A stretch of DNA of 62,961 bases, filler included. It is 5 parts of 5 records of this genome, joined end to end, with 100 filler letters (N's around TTAATTAATTAA, not from the genome) between each part and the next. Parts side by side here need not be neighbours in the genome. Positions count along the whole stretch, not along the records: positions 1 to 30,019 come from SRR31156797_6505; 4 more parts are not named here. The stretch is one strand, 5' to 3'. The position numbers and the translations under genes are program-made. Positions 9,129 to 19,597 of the stretch are shown here, piece by piece; position 1 is the first letter of the stretch, and each line of letters starts with the position of its first letter. Under the pieces are notes generated by a model. That model made no database searches and was not told where the DNA came from. It worked only from the letters and a program-made list of their open reading frames with translations.

Positions 9129-11189
9129 ATGCCTGATTTGAAAACTCAAAGAACTTATGCACTCGTCGGTCATGGCGGTAGCGGGAAAACTTCCGTCGCC
9201 GAGATGTTGCTTTTCAATGCCGGAGTTGTAAACCGCCTCGGCAAGGTCGAAGACGGAAATACCGTTCTCGATTACGAACCCGAGGAAATCAAGCGTCGAG
9301 GTTCTGTGCAGCCTGGTTTCGCCAGCTATAAGTGGAAAAAGAACGATCATTTTCTCATCGACACTCCCGGTGATTCCAACTTCGCAGGTGATCTTTCCTA
9401 CAGCCTGACCGCTGCTGATGGTGTGGTCATGGTTATTGATGCCGTTGATGGCGTGAAACCGCTGACTCGCAAAATTTGGGCTCAGGTTCAGGAGAAGGGG
9501 CTGCCTTCCATGATCGTCATTAATAAGATGGATCGTGATCGGGCCGAATTCGATACGGCATTCAACGGTATTTCCGAAGCTCTTGGTGCTCGTCCTGCAT
9601 TGTTGTACTATCCCATTGGCTCCAAAGAAGATTTTAAGGGCGTAGTGGACATGATGTCCGGCAAGGCCCTGATGTTTGGCGCAGATGGCGCAATCGATGA
9701 AGGTGATATCCCCGGCGATATCGCTGACGAAGTCGAAATGTTGCGTGAAACCATGATTGAGAACATCGCAGAAAGCGATGAAGATCTCATGGAGAAATAT
9801 TTTGAAGACGGAGAATTGTCTCCCGAAGATATCACCAAGGGGTTACAGGGCGGCGTTGCTTCTGGCGAACTCGTCCCCGTGGTTGTTTCCGCTGCTTTGA
9901 ATTGTCAGGGTGGTCAGATGATTCTGGATACAGTACAGAGTCTGTTGCCCGGTCCTTTGACTCATCCCGTTTGGGAAGGCGAAGAAGACGAACGAGCCAG
10001 TTCTCCGGATGAACCGCTTGCTTGTTTCGTATTCAAGACACAGGCTGATCCTTTTGCCGGCCAGCTTACTGTAGTTCGCGTTTTGTCCGGTGAACTTAAG
10101 TCTGATTCCCATTTGCTCAACGCCTCCAATGGTGAAAAAGAGCGTGTGGGGCAGTTGTTGGTCATGAACGGCAAGGAACAGGCTCAGGTAAAGAATCCCA
10201 TGGGTCCCGGTTCAATTGCTGTACTGGCAAAGCTCAAGAATACGCATACTGGTGACACCTTGGTTGAAAAAGATGAGTTCAAGCTGATCAAGCCTGAAAT
10301 CGCTCCTCAACTGATCACCTTCGCTTTGGCTCCGGCCGAGAAGGGTGACGAAGATAAGGTTTACTCTGCGGTTGCCAAGCTGCTTGAAGAAGATATCACC
10401 TTGACTTTGGCTCGTGACGAAGAGTCTGGCGACATTCTGTTGTCAGGCATGGGACAGAATCATATTGAAATCTCGGTTGAGAAAGCCAGACGTCGTTACA
10501 AAGCTGATATCGTACTGAAAACACCCAAGGTTCCGTACCGTGAAACTTTCAAGACCGGTGCCAAGGAAGTGCAGGGTCGTCATAAGAAACAGTCCGGTGG
10601 TCGTGGCCAGTTTGGTGACTGCTGGATCAATGTGACTCCCAAGGTTTCTGGTGCGGGGTATGAGTTTGAAGACAAGATTGTCGGTGGTTCCATCCCCCGT
10701 CAGTTTATTCCTGCTGTTGACAAGGGCGTTCAGGAAGTTGCCGCACGTGGAGTTTTGGCTGGTTACCCGGTCATTGATTTCCAGGTGACGTTGTATGACG
10801 GCAGTTACCATAACGTTGACTCCTCGGAGATGGCATTTAAGGTGGCTGGTTCCATTGCTTTCAAAAAAGCCTGCGAAAAGGCCAAGATGGCCTTGTTGGA
10901 ACCGGTCATGCTTGTGACCGTGGCCGTACCTGATTCATTTATGGGTGACGTTATTGGCGACCTTTCCTCTCGTCGAGGCAAGGTGCTGGGGTCTGATTCT
11001 CAGGCAGGCCTGACTGAGGTTAAAGCACATGTGCCTATGGCTGAAATGCTCAAGTACGCCCCGGACTTGAATTCCATGACCGGTGGACAGGGTACCTTCT
11101 TCATGGAATTCGCTTCCTATGAAGAATGCCCGCCTCAGGAAACCGAGAAGGTCATTGCCGCCAATAAAAAGGCGGATGACGCAGATTAG
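9129..11189 (+). CDS. fusA: Elongation factor G paralog (EF-G II type)
   Basis: GHGGSGKT, DTPG, NKMD, GMGQNHIEI, KKQSGGRGQFG, GSYHNVDSSE; lies outside the str operon; divergent switch motifs. Confidence 0.93.
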   Translation: MPDLKTQRTYALVGHGGSGKTSVAEMLLFNAGVVNRLGKVEDGNTVLDYEPEEIKRRGSVQPGFASYKWKKNDHFLIDTPGDSNFAGDLSYSLTAADGVVMVIDAVDGVKPLTRKIWAQVQEKGLPSMIVINKMDRDRAEFDTAFNGISEALGARPALLYYPIGSKEDFKGVVDMMSGKALMFGADGAIDEGDIPGDIADEVEMLRETMIENIAESDEDLMEKYFEDGELSPEDITKGLQGGVASGELVPVVVSAALNCQGGQMILDTVQSLLPGPLTHPVWEGEEDERASSPDEPLACFVFKTQADPFAGQLTVVRVLSGELKSDSHLLNASNGEKERVGQLLVMNGKEQAQVKNPMGPGSIAVLAKLKNTHTGDTLVEKDEFKLIKPEIAPQLITFALAPAEKGDEDKVYSAVAKLLEEDITLTLARDEESGDILLSGMGQNHIEISVEKARRRYKADIVLKTPKVPYRETFKTGAKEVQGRHKKQSGGRGQFGDCWINVTPKVSGAGYEFEDKIVGGSIPRQFIPAVDKGVQEVAARGVLAGYPVIDFQVTLYDGSYHNVDSSEMAFKVAGSIAFKKACEKAKMALLEPVMLVTVAVPDSFMGDVIGDLSSRRGKVLGSDSQAGLTEVKAHVPMAEMLKYAPDLNSMTGGQGTFFMEFASYEECPPQETEKVIAANKKADDAD

Positions 11190-11212
11190 GTCTGAACCAA
11201 ATGACAACGAAT

Positions 11213-11245
11213 GGGCGGTAGGGGAACCTGCCGCCCTTTTTCTTT
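11213..11245 (+). terminator. Intrinsic terminator after the EF-G paralog
   Basis: GGGCGGTAGG-GGAA-CCTGCCGCCC followed by TTTTTCTTT. Confidence 0.85.
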
Positions 11246-11304
11246 CACTTGTTTGATGGGGCAAATTGGTTTACTCACTTGTGAGTTAAACAATAAGGAA
11301 AGCC

Positions 11305-12027
11305 ATGTTTCGACGTATATTTTTCGTTCTCAATTTGTGGATTGTAACTGTCTATTATAGCTGGAAGTCAATGAAAGTTGATGCTGTGAATGCTCCTCCT
11401 GAGGAGTTGGATCGGTGGGGGTTGGCCTGGGGGCGTGCCGCTGTCAATCTGTCCGGTATCAAGATTGAAGCTGATATGGGTGAAGTAGACCCAACAGGCC
11501 ATTACGTTTTCATCTGTAATCATCAATCAAATCTCGATATCCCAGTGTTGTTTGATGTCCTCAAAGGCAATCGTATTCGTTTTGTTGCCAAGAAAAGCCT
11601 TTTTGAAATTCCCATTTATGGTAAGGCATTGGCTCATGCTGGACACATCTGCGTTGATCGCGAAAATCGTCGTGCAGCCATGAAGTCCTTGAACGAGGCC
11701 GTGGAGACAGCCAAAAATGGCGTTTCTCCGGTAATATTTCCGGAAGGGACACGGAACCTGCATCTTGAAGAGCTTATGGAATTCAAGATTGGCGGCATAA
11801 TTATCGCCCTCAAATCCGGTCTGCCCGTGGTGCCTATTGTTATGACCAATACGGGGCTTGTCATGGGTAAAGGGCAAATGGTTATTGACAATCGGCCTGT
11901 GGTTCGGGTGAAGGCTCTGCCTGTCATCGACCCGTCTGAATACACCATCAAGGATCGTGAAAAGTTCAAGGACGATCTGCGCGCGAAGATGAGCGCGGCA
12001 TACAAGGAACTGTTGGCGCAAGGATAG
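11305..12027 (+). CDS. plsC: 1-acyl-sn-glycerol-3-phosphate acyltransferase
   Basis: NHQSNLD (HX4D), FVAKKSL, IFPEGTR. Confidence 0.92.
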   Translation: MFRRIFFVLNLWIVTVYYSWKSMKVDAVNAPPEELDRWGLAWGRAAVNLSGIKIEADMGEVDPTGHYVFICNHQSNLDIPVLFDVLKGNRIRFVAKKSLFEIPIYGKALAHAGHICVDRENRRAAMKSLNEAVETAKNGVSPVIFPEGTRNLHLEELMEFKIGGIIIALKSGLPVVPIVMTNTGLVMGKGQMVIDNRPVVRVKALPVIDPSEYTIKDREKFKDDLRAKMSAAYKELLAQG

Positions 12028-12030
12028 ATT

Positions 12031-13707
12031 ATGGGAGACGTACCGACTACCACACCTGCACCCGCTCTGAGTTTATATCCTCTTGGGGGGCTTGGTGAAA
12101 TTGGCATGAACTGCATGCTATATAGGACGCAATCATCCATGGTTATGGTAGATTGTGGCCTTATGTTTCCCGAAGATTATCATTTTGGCGTAGACGTGGT
12201 TATTCCTTGTTTCGACTACGTGCTCAAGAATAAACGTATTTTGCATGGTATCGTGTTGACTCATGGCCATGAGGATCACATCGGCGCACTGCCATGGTTA
12301 CTTCAGAACGTGGACGTGCCTGTTTACGGTTCCGAATTTACTCTTGGTCTGGTCGAGAATAAACTCAAGGAACATGATCTGGATCGTTGGGCAGACCTTC
12401 GGCCTGTCAGACCATATGATCGAGTTCTGTTGGGTGACTTCCGTTTCAATTTTATTCCGGTCTGTCATTCCATTATCGAAGGATTTGGGCTGGGCATTGA
12501 GACGCCTGTAGGGCGAGTGGTCCATACCGGTGATTTCAAGATCGACCGGAATCCTTTAGGTGGGCATGCGACAGACTTGGCGGCATTTCGTAAGTTTTCC
12601 GAAGATGGCGTTCTTCTTATGCTGTCAGACTCCACCAACGTGGAGACCGAAGGATTTGCCCTGACAGAGCGTGAGATTAAGGTTTCGTTGCGCGAAATTT
12701 TTTCCAAGGCCAAAGGGCGCATTCTTGTTTCGCTTTTTTCCAGCCATATTCAACGAATGCAGGAAGTTTTTGATCTGGCAGACGCAGAGGGCCGCAAGGT
12801 GGCTGTCTCTGGCAAGTCATTGCATCGTAATATCGAATTGGCGCGAGATCTGGGATATCTGAAGGTTCCTAAACGGACACTTATAGATTTGGATCGTCTT
12901 GATGAGTACGGCGATTCTGAACTTGTATTGCTCGTTACCGGGTCGCAGGGGGAACCGCTGGCCGCACTTTCCCGTATGGCCATGGGGGAACATCGTCAGT
13001 TGTCTGTGAAGCCTGATGATCTTGTGGTTCTTTCTTCTCGATTTATCCCGGGCAATGTCAAGGCGATCAATCGGGTTATCAATAATTTGTACCGACTTGG
13101 AGCCGAGGTCCTGTATGAGAAGATGCACGGCATCCATGCATCTGGCCATGCGCATGCCGGTGAGTTGACCCTTATGCTGGAGACTGTACGGCCTGAATAC
13201 TTTATCCCTGTGCATGGCGAATACCGTCATTTGGTCAAACATCGTCGGTTGGCCGTGGAATGCGGCGTGACGGATGAGAAGTCCATGGTCGTGGAAAACG
13301 GCCAGCCTTTGACGTTTTTTGAAGATGGTTCAATGGTCTTTGAGCCTCGGATATCAGCCGAGAAAATTTTGGTGGACGGCAAGGGCGTTGGCGACGTGGG
13401 ACAAAGTGTACTCAAGGAGCGTCAACTTCTGGCCGGAGAAGGCATGGTCATCGTGGTGATGGTGGTGGATGAAGCCACCGGTGAAATTTCCATGGGGCCG
13501 GATATTATGAGTAAGGGCTTCGTGTTTGAGCAGCAGTATATGCATCTTCTTGAGGACGCCAAATGCATCATCTTTGATGTGCATGAAAATATTGCTCCGG
13601 GCGATACAGCCAAGCTCAAGGAACGTATCCGTTCCGCCCTGCGTCGTTTCTTCAGAAAGGTTCTGGGTCGTGATCCAGTCGTGGTGCCGTTGGTCATTTC
13701 CATATAG
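12031..13707 (+). CDS. rnj: Ribonuclease J
   Basis: PLGGLGEIGMN, THGHEDHIG, HTGDFK, TGSQGEP, HASGHA, PVHGEYRH. Confidence 0.97.
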   Translation: MGDVPTTTPAPALSLYPLGGLGEIGMNCMLYRTQSSMVMVDCGLMFPEDYHFGVDVVIPCFDYVLKNKRILHGIVLTHGHEDHIGALPWLLQNVDVPVYGSEFTLGLVENKLKEHDLDRWADLRPVRPYDRVLLGDFRFNFIPVCHSIIEGFGLGIETPVGRVVHTGDFKIDRNPLGGHATDLAAFRKFSEDGVLLMLSDSTNVETEGFALTEREIKVSLREIFSKAKGRILVSLFSSHIQRMQEVFDLADAEGRKVAVSGKSLHRNIELARDLGYLKVPKRTLIDLDRLDEYGDSELVLLVTGSQGEPLAALSRMAMGEHRQLSVKPDDLVVLSSRFIPGNVKAINRVINNLYRLGAEVLYEKMHGIHASGHAHAGELTLMLETVRPEYFIPVHGEYRHLVKHRRLAVECGVTDEKSMVVENGQPLTFFEDGSMVFEPRISAEKILVDGKGVGDVGQSVLKERQLLAGEGMVIVVMVVDEATGEISMGPDIMSKGFVFEQQYMHLLEDAKCIIFDVHENIAPGDTAKLKERIRSALRRFFRKVLGRDPVVVPLVISI

Positions 13708-13785
13708 GTGTCTGGACTTTAAGCCTATGTTGCGCTAGTTATTCCGACACGATGAGAAAAATCTTTTTTTGTGAGGATAAATGAA

Positions 13786-14256
13786 ATGAAGAAAATCATG
13801 TGTGCATTGATGGTGGTAACTATGACGTTCATGCTGGCTGCGTGTGGAGCGCAGAAGAATGATCTCGATGCCGGGTATGCCCTTATCAAGAAAGGCGATT
13901 GTGCTGGTGCCGAGATGTATCTGGATTCGACCATAGCCGCCCCGGATCACCTTATGGATTTGGCGTATGCCTATTTCCTCAAGGGGCAGTGCGCGGAAAA
14001 AGCCGGTGATGCTGCAACAGCATATGAAAATTTTTATGCATCCAAGGTCGTGACCTGTTATGCTGTGAGTGAAGAAACTCATGTCAATTTGAATACATAC
14101 GGACGTAGTGAGTTTTGCGAACGAATCATTCCGGCCCGATTGGCAAAGCTGGAACCGGAAGTTGGCGATAAAGCCAAGATCGAAGGCATTGTGGACAAGG
14201 TGGACGGGATTTTGACGACTCGCTATCTACAACGATTTCAGAAACGACTTAATTAG
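13786..14256 (+). CDS. Hypothetical lipoprotein with TPR-like helices
   Basis: Signal peptide with LAAC lipobox; AYAYFLKGQCAEKAGD is TPR-like. Confidence 0.7.
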   Translation: MKKIMCALMVVTMTFMLAACGAQKNDLDAGYALIKKGDCAGAEMYLDSTIAAPDHLMDLAYAYFLKGQCAEKAGDAATAYENFYASKVVTCYAVSEETHVNLNTYGRSEFCERIIPARLAKLEPEVGDKAKIEGIVDKVDGILTTRYLQRFQKRLN

Positions 14257-14263
14257 CTATCAT

Positions 14264-14296
14264 GAACGCCTCGGACTTTCCGGGGCGTTTTTCTTT
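14264..14296 (+). terminator. Intrinsic terminator
   Basis: AACGCCTCGGA-CTT-TCCGGGGCGTT followed by a T tract. Confidence 0.75.
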
Positions 14297-14316
14297 GTGA
14301 ACGGTGAACACAGGGA

Positions 14317-14790
14317 GTGACTATGCCATTGAAGGATTACACCGAAATTGTTGAACGGCTTCAGCAGACATTGGGCAAGGGGTTTACGGAAGAACCGTGG
14401 ATGCTGAATATGCCGGGCAAGTCCATTGCCTGTAAAATCGATCAACATTATTACCTCGCAGTCATGCCCGCTTTTCTTGAAACCTTGGGCCGACAGGGTG
14501 GCATGTTCCCGGACCAGGTCCTTGAAGCGCTCGTCAAAACCGGAAATCTTGTCACCAAAGCCCCAGACCGCAATCCGCTTTTGCCTTTAACTGTGTCTTG
14601 GGGTGGTAGAGGCGTTACCATCAAAGGGGCATTCGTTGACGCAGATTTTATCGATCGTGCTGTCAAAACCTACGGTGGTTATTCCTCCATCCTGACCGTT
14701 TCCGATCTTAAAATAAGTGAAGAAGACAAACCGCGCATTGAGGAATTTTTCACTGACAAAACAGCACCACAAGCCCTTGCCTATTATTAA
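14317..14790 (+). CDS. Hypothetical protein
   Basis: 157-aa ORF with GGGAG RBS, flanked by terminators; no motif recognised. Confidence 0.75.
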   Translation: MTMPLKDYTEIVERLQQTLGKGFTEEPWMLNMPGKSIACKIDQHYYLAVMPAFLETLGRQGGMFPDQVLEALVKTGNLVTKAPDRNPLLPLTVSWGGRGVTIKGAFVDADFIDRAVKTYGGYSSILTVSDLKISEEDKPRIEEFFTDKTAPQALAYY

Positions 14791-14818
14791 CGACATTTTG
14801 AACGCTACCTTCGATTCA

Positions 14819-14875
14819 AAAAACGAAAAATTCCCCAACATCACAGCGTGCGTTGGGGGAGTTTTTCGTTTTTTG
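14819..14875. terminator. Bidirectional terminator between convergent genes
   Basis: AAAAACGAAAAATTCCCCAAC...GTTGGGGGAGTTTTTCGTTTTT inverted repeat. Confidence 0.75.
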
Positions 14876-14936
14876 ATTCCTATGGAATTCAGGTCCAGAA
14901 CAAAGTCTTGGTCTTCCCGAAAAGGGCTCGCGAGGT

Positions 14937-16253
14937 TTATACGTCGCTGAACTGTTTCTCCAGCATGATAGCTAAAATGGTTTTGTCGGTTTGGATCATG
15001 CCGTCCACGGCCAATGTGCCTACGTTGCGCATGGTGTCCTCGGGCGACTGACCTATGATACCATCCGTGTGGTGCACGTTGACACCTTGGAGTGAGAATA
15101 ATGCGGCTTGGACAGCGGTGCCGGCGGCCGTGGCGAGTTTGAGTGCACACCCGGTTTTGGCTCCGTCACAGATGATGCCTGCCAAGTCTTCAAGGAGATT
15201 TTTGATAGCCCCGGCAATATGCTTAGCATCTCCGCCGAGAAGGAAGGTGATGCCAGCGGTCGCTCCGGCCCCTGCGGCTACTGAACAGCCGCAGATGGCG
15301 GACAATCGGCCAGTATGTGCTTTGACGTAGGCCGTGACGATATGAGACAGGGCTATGGCTTCCAGTACTGATTTGGTCTCGATATCGTCCACATAATCCT
15401 TGATGGCCCATATGGGCAGAATGGCAGTCAGGCCGTGATTGCCGGACCCCGCAGAACTCATGGCGGGCAAGGGGGCACCGGACATGCGGGCGTCAGCGGC
15501 CCCGGAAGCGAGAATTCGTGCAGCCAGCATCATGTCTTTTTTGATGAGTCCCTGACGCACAAGACGTTCCAGAGTCTTGCCTACACCGAGACCAAGACCA
15601 TACTTGAGGCCTTGTTCGGCCAGACGCATGTTGACGTCCACGCCTTCCTGAAGAAAAGTGTAATCGTCATCATCCAGCTGATCGGTTAAAGCAATGAGGT
15701 CATTGAGAGAGAGGCCCTTGAGCCATTTTTCCATGGCGGCCACGGGCGACGGAGTGCCTTCGGGACGAACTTCGATGAGTGGGCTTTCAACAGGATTGCC
15801 ATTGAGGGTTAACGACGTGATATTGTCGTGCAATCCTTCAATAACGGATTCGGCAACGTCGCTGCCGGATATCGCTTTGGTGCGAATAAGTAACCCCTGC
15901 TGATCTTTGAGCAGGGTGACGGTTACCTTGTTGTCGGCAATGGCTTTTTTTGCACCGGCCACAAATTCGTCGTTGATCGGTTGTAGCACTTCCAAACGCA
16001 AAGCAGGGTTGCCGCCGACAGCACCGAGAGCCGCTGCCATATCCAGGCCGGAAAGACCTTTGGCTCCCGGGATTAAAACGGCCAGACCGTTTTTATATAC
16101 ATTGGGGTCCACGGCGATTTCGAGGGAATCAAAATCCTTGGACGGAAGCAGGGACATGGCAGAAGCCGCACCAAGAGCAATGGCGACCGGCTCGGTACAG
16201 CCAAGGGCTGGCGCGACTTGAATGCTGAGAACGTCTTTAACCGTGAATTTCAT
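14937..16253 (-). CDS. cyuA: L-cysteine desulfidase-like protein (YhaM/CyuA/CdsB, serine dehydratase alpha family)
   Basis: PALGCTEP, NVYKNG, GSGNHG, GRLSAICGC, ICDGAK.GCALK motifs. Confidence 0.85.
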   Translation of the reverse strand: MKFTVKDVLSIQVAPALGCTEPVAIALGAASAMSLLPSKDFDSLEIAVDPNVYKNGLAVLIPGAKGLSGLDMAAALGAVGGNPALRLEVLQPINDEFVAGAKKAIADNKVTVTLLKDQQGLLIRTKAISGSDVAESVIEGLHDNITSLTLNGNPVESPLIEVRPEGTPSPVAAMEKWLKGLSLNDLIALTDQLDDDDYTFLQEGVDVNMRLAEQGLKYGLGLGVGKTLERLVRQGLIKKDMMLAARILASGAADARMSGAPLPAMSSAGSGNHGLTAILPIWAIKDYVDDIETKSVLEAIALSHIVTAYVKAHTGRLSAICGCSVAAGAGATAGITFLLGGDAKHIAGAIKNLLEDLAGIICDGAKTGCALKLATAAGTAVQAALFSLQGVNVHHTDGIIGQSPEDTMRNVGTLAVDGMIQTDKTILAIMLEKQFSDV

Positions 16254-16258
16254 GACTT

Positions 16259-16780
16259 CTACTTTTTTACAGTGCTTTTGGGACAGGTGTCGCTCATGTA
16301 GCAGACTTCACATCCACCTGCATATGGGTATGGAGTGAGGACAGCATATTTGCGATTGACCGTGCCTTCATCATTCCAGGTCAGACCAAGCTCCTTGAAT
16401 GCGCCGAGAACGCCTTCGCCCGGACGGGGCAACGGAGCACATTTGCCAGTCTGTAATTCGGGGATGAATCCTTGAGCGGAACTCATGACCATGGTGATAG
16501 CCAGTGCATGAAAGAGCAGGCCGTGAGTGGGGGAGTCCTGCCAGATTCCTTCGATGTTATCTTCCACAGCTTCGTCGAGAAAGATAAGAATGAATTTGCC
16601 TTCCCCTTCGGAGTTGGACAATTCGTACGCTTTGAGGCTCTCTGTGGCCCATTTGTCCCAGAAGGTCTCGAAGTCTTCAAGGATATCGCCTTCAATGCGG
16701 GTTTCTCCAGCCACTTCCATGAAATACATCATGTCGAATTCCGGCTGTGGGGTCAGGGGCGTTATGTCGAATTTGGGCAT
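16259..16780 (-). CDS. Hypothetical protein, possibly related to stand-alone methionine synthase activation-domain proteins; C-terminal CxxCx5C
   Basis: 173 aa; LGLTWNDEGTVNRKYAV followed by GCEVCYMSDTCP; 5 nt upstream of the desulfidase gene. Confidence 0.55.
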   Translation of the reverse strand: MPKFDITPLTPQPEFDMMYFMEVAGETRIEGDILEDFETFWDKWATESLKAYELSNSEGEGKFILIFLDEAVEDNIEGIWQDSPTHGLLFHALAITMVMSSAQGFIPELQTGKCAPLPRPGEGVLGAFKELGLTWNDEGTVNRKYAVLTPYPYAGGCEVCYMSDTCPKSTVKK

Positions 16781-16968
16781 GTATCTTTCTCCTGAAAGGG
16801 TGTCAGTGTTGCGAGGAGGCTCTGATTACCTCTTTTCTTGATTCCTCTCAAGTTTTACGACTATGCGTTGCACTTGGGAGGCAAGTCAGGTTATATATCA
16901 ATCAACTTGAAGTATATACGGCGCATGCTTTGTCAACACCTCATGATAACGCGAACACTGGAGACTTA

Positions 16969-18720
16969 ATGCCTGCAGAACGAGGTGAACCGCTCTTTCA
17001 GAAATTGAAAAGACCGAATATCAGGTATCTTCTTCTCGCCATACTTATTGGCGTGCTCGCCGGGTACGGCGCAGTCCTTTTTAAGTTTGTCCTCAAATTC
17101 ATGCAATGGGTGTTTTATCAGGACACCAATGACTTCATGACCTTTGCGAAGACCATTCCTGTTTGGGTGAAAATTGTCATGCCTGCCGCTGGTGGCCTCG
17201 TCGTCGGGCTTGTCGTCACTAATTTTGCCGCAGAAGCAAAGGGGCATGGTGTCCCTGAAGTTATGCAGGCCATTGCTCTTCGAGGTGGGCGGATTCGAAA
17301 ACGGGTCGCAGCGGCCAAGATATTTGCTTCAGCCGTGACCATTGGTTCAGGTGGTTCCGTGGGCCGAGAAGGTCCCATGGTGCAGATCGGTGCATCCATT
17401 GGGTCTTCCATAGGTCAGATGTTCAAGACACCCAGTGTGCATATGAAAACAATGGTTGGGTGTGGTGCGGCAGCAGGTATCGCAGCAACCTTCAACGCGC
17501 CCATTGCTGGTGTGTTGTTCGCTCTTGAGATTATCATTGGCGATTTCGGGGTCATGCAGTTTTCTCCGGTGGTTTTGTCGTCGGTCACAGCCACAGCCAT
17601 CTCCAGATATTATTTTGGTGATTTCCCTCATTTTGATATCCCTGAATATTCTATTGTCACTTTGTGGGAATATTTGTTTTATCCCGTGCTCGGTGTTGTT
17701 TCGGGGCTTGTCGGTTTGTCGTTTACCAAAATCTTATATTGGTTCGAGGATGGATTTGACGCCATATCCATTCCCGAATGGATCAAACCCGCTATCGGTG
17801 GAGCATTGCTCGGCGGTGTTTTTGCCGTATTTCCGCAGGTTTTTGGAGTGGGATATGGGGCCATGAATATGGCTCTGGTCAATCAGATGGAATTTCAACT
17901 GCTGTTTGTGTTGATTTTCGTGAAGATATTGGCCTCATCAATCACATTGGGGTCCGGCGGGTCGGGTGGTATTTTCGCTCCTTCATTGTTTCTTGGGTGT
18001 ATGACCGGCGGGGCCTTTGGATTTGTGGTTCATTTCCTGTTTCCTGCACATACGGCCATGCCCGGCGCGTACGCTCTTGTTGCCATGGGCGGCGTTGTGG
18101 CGGGAACAACCTATGCGCCTATTACCGCTATTTTGATTATTTTTGAAATGACCTCGGATTATTCGATTATCCTCCCACTTATGCTGACCTGCATTACGGC
18201 CACAGTCATGAATTCCACCATTGAGCGCGCATCTATTTATACGACCAAATTGCTTCGGCGTGGTATTGATATCGAGGCTGGTCGAGAAAGGCACCTTCTC
18301 GATCATATAGTGGTGAAAGAGGTCATGACACACGAGTTCGTGACTATTCCGGCGTCGGCCCCCCTGTCCCAGATTATTTGGACTTTCAAGACCGAGAACG
18401 CACCCTATTTGCACGTTGTGGATGGAGAAGGGCGATTGACTGGTATTATTTCGTTTCGCGACATTCGGACGGTCCTGAATGAAGAGGGGCTGCTTGAATT
18501 GATTATCGCCCATGATCTAGCCACTCGTGATTTGGTCACTGTGACCACAGACGATACATTGCAGGAAGCCTTGGATAAGATCACGGACAGAGGGGTGTCC
18601 CAGGTGCCTGTGTTGACGTCGGGCCGGGAGCAGAAATTGGCCGGAACATTGACGGAATCCGCGATTAACGGGGCCTATAATTCAGCCATTGTCAAAGCGG
18701 AACTTGCCGGGGGACGGTGA
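16969..18720 (+). CDS. CLC-family chloride channel/antiporter with C-terminal CBS pair
   Basis: GHGVPE, GSVGREGP, GGIFAP motifs; two CBS domains. Start placed at MPAERG after GGAG. Confidence 0.95.
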   Translation: MPAERGEPLFQKLKRPNIRYLLLAILIGVLAGYGAVLFKFVLKFMQWVFYQDTNDFMTFAKTIPVWVKIVMPAAGGLVVGLVVTNFAAEAKGHGVPEVMQAIALRGGRIRKRVAAAKIFASAVTIGSGGSVGREGPMVQIGASIGSSIGQMFKTPSVHMKTMVGCGAAAGIAATFNAPIAGVLFALEIIIGDFGVMQFSPVVLSSVTATAISRYYFGDFPHFDIPEYSIVTLWEYLFYPVLGVVSGLVGLSFTKILYWFEDGFDAISIPEWIKPAIGGALLGGVFAVFPQVFGVGYGAMNMALVNQMEFQLLFVLIFVKILASSITLGSGGSGGIFAPSLFLGCMTGGAFGFVVHFLFPAHTAMPGAYALVAMGGVVAGTTYAPITAILIIFEMTSDYSIILPLMLTCITATVMNSTIERASIYTTKLLRRGIDIEAGRERHLLDHIVVKEVMTHEFVTIPASAPLSQIIWTFKTENAPYLHVVDGEGRLTGIISFRDIRTVLNEEGLLELIIAHDLATRDLVTVTTDDTLQEALDKITDRGVSQVPVLTSGREQKLAGTLTESAINGAYNSAIVKAELAGGR

Positions 18721-18799
18721 TTCGGTTTTCGTTGAGGGGCGAAAGGGTTTGTGCTAAATCCCGCTCATCGGCCGTGCTGGTCGAAATGAATTTTGAGGA

Positions 18800-19330
18800 A
18801 TGACGAATATGAGTGAGATAAGGATATCCGTGACCCTGTCTTTGGATGAGAAGCATCCCGAGGATGGGTATCTCGACTTTAACCTGTCCGTGGACGGGCA
18901 GTATTTGCATGAGGTCGGCGTCTATGTCGATCCTGTAAATCTAGTCACCTCATCTGCCGTGTCTGGTGAATTTTTTATTTATACCTGTGATTGTGGTAAT
19001 CCTGCCTGCCAAGGAATTAATGAGGGCGTCAATGTTTCTCATACCCCGGAAACAGTTGTGTGGCGGCTCAAAAATCCTATCTCATGGCCTCCCGATGAAC
19101 CCAGACCGGAATGGGCGCACGATGTGGAGTTCGTCTTCCCGAAAGAGATGTATCTCCAACAGATATCCATTGCGTTGGATCATGCAAAACGGTTGGCACG
19201 TGGCTTTAATCTTTCCGGCAAACTTTGGGTTGGTCCTGACCTGACTATTGAAGCGTTAATGGCTTTGGAAGTGCCTCAGCAGGAGAGTGGATTCTTTGCC
19301 ATTGAGCCGGAAGGTCGCGCCGTTCACTAA
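18800..19330 (+). CDS. Hypothetical protein with CxCx4C motif
   Basis: YTCDCGNPACQG; GAGGA RBS. Confidence 0.7.
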   Translation: MTNMSEIRISVTLSLDEKHPEDGYLDFNLSVDGQYLHEVGVYVDPVNLVTSSAVSGEFFIYTCDCGNPACQGINEGVNVSHTPETVVWRLKNPISWPPDEPRPEWAHDVEFVFPKEMYLQQISIALDHAKRLARGFNLSGKLWVGPDLTIEALMALEVPQQESGFFAIEPEGRAVH

Positions 19331-19597
19331 AGATTTGCCTTCGGTCTAAAATTTCACTATAGTTTTCATACTTGCTCAGGCTGCTTTTCCGGAACCCCGG
19401 AGGAGCAGATATGTCTGTTTATATCCCCAATCAGAGTCGTTCAGTTCGTGCTCGCTTTTTGCGTGCGCCGCCTTTTTGCGTGGTGCTGCGGGGGGCGCGG
19501 CATTGACCGTTGACAGTGTTCAGGGCTTGGGTCGTTTTTGCGATCCGCGGGAGGAGTGCCTGGTTTCGCAGAATCTTTTACGAAACAGGTTACACCT

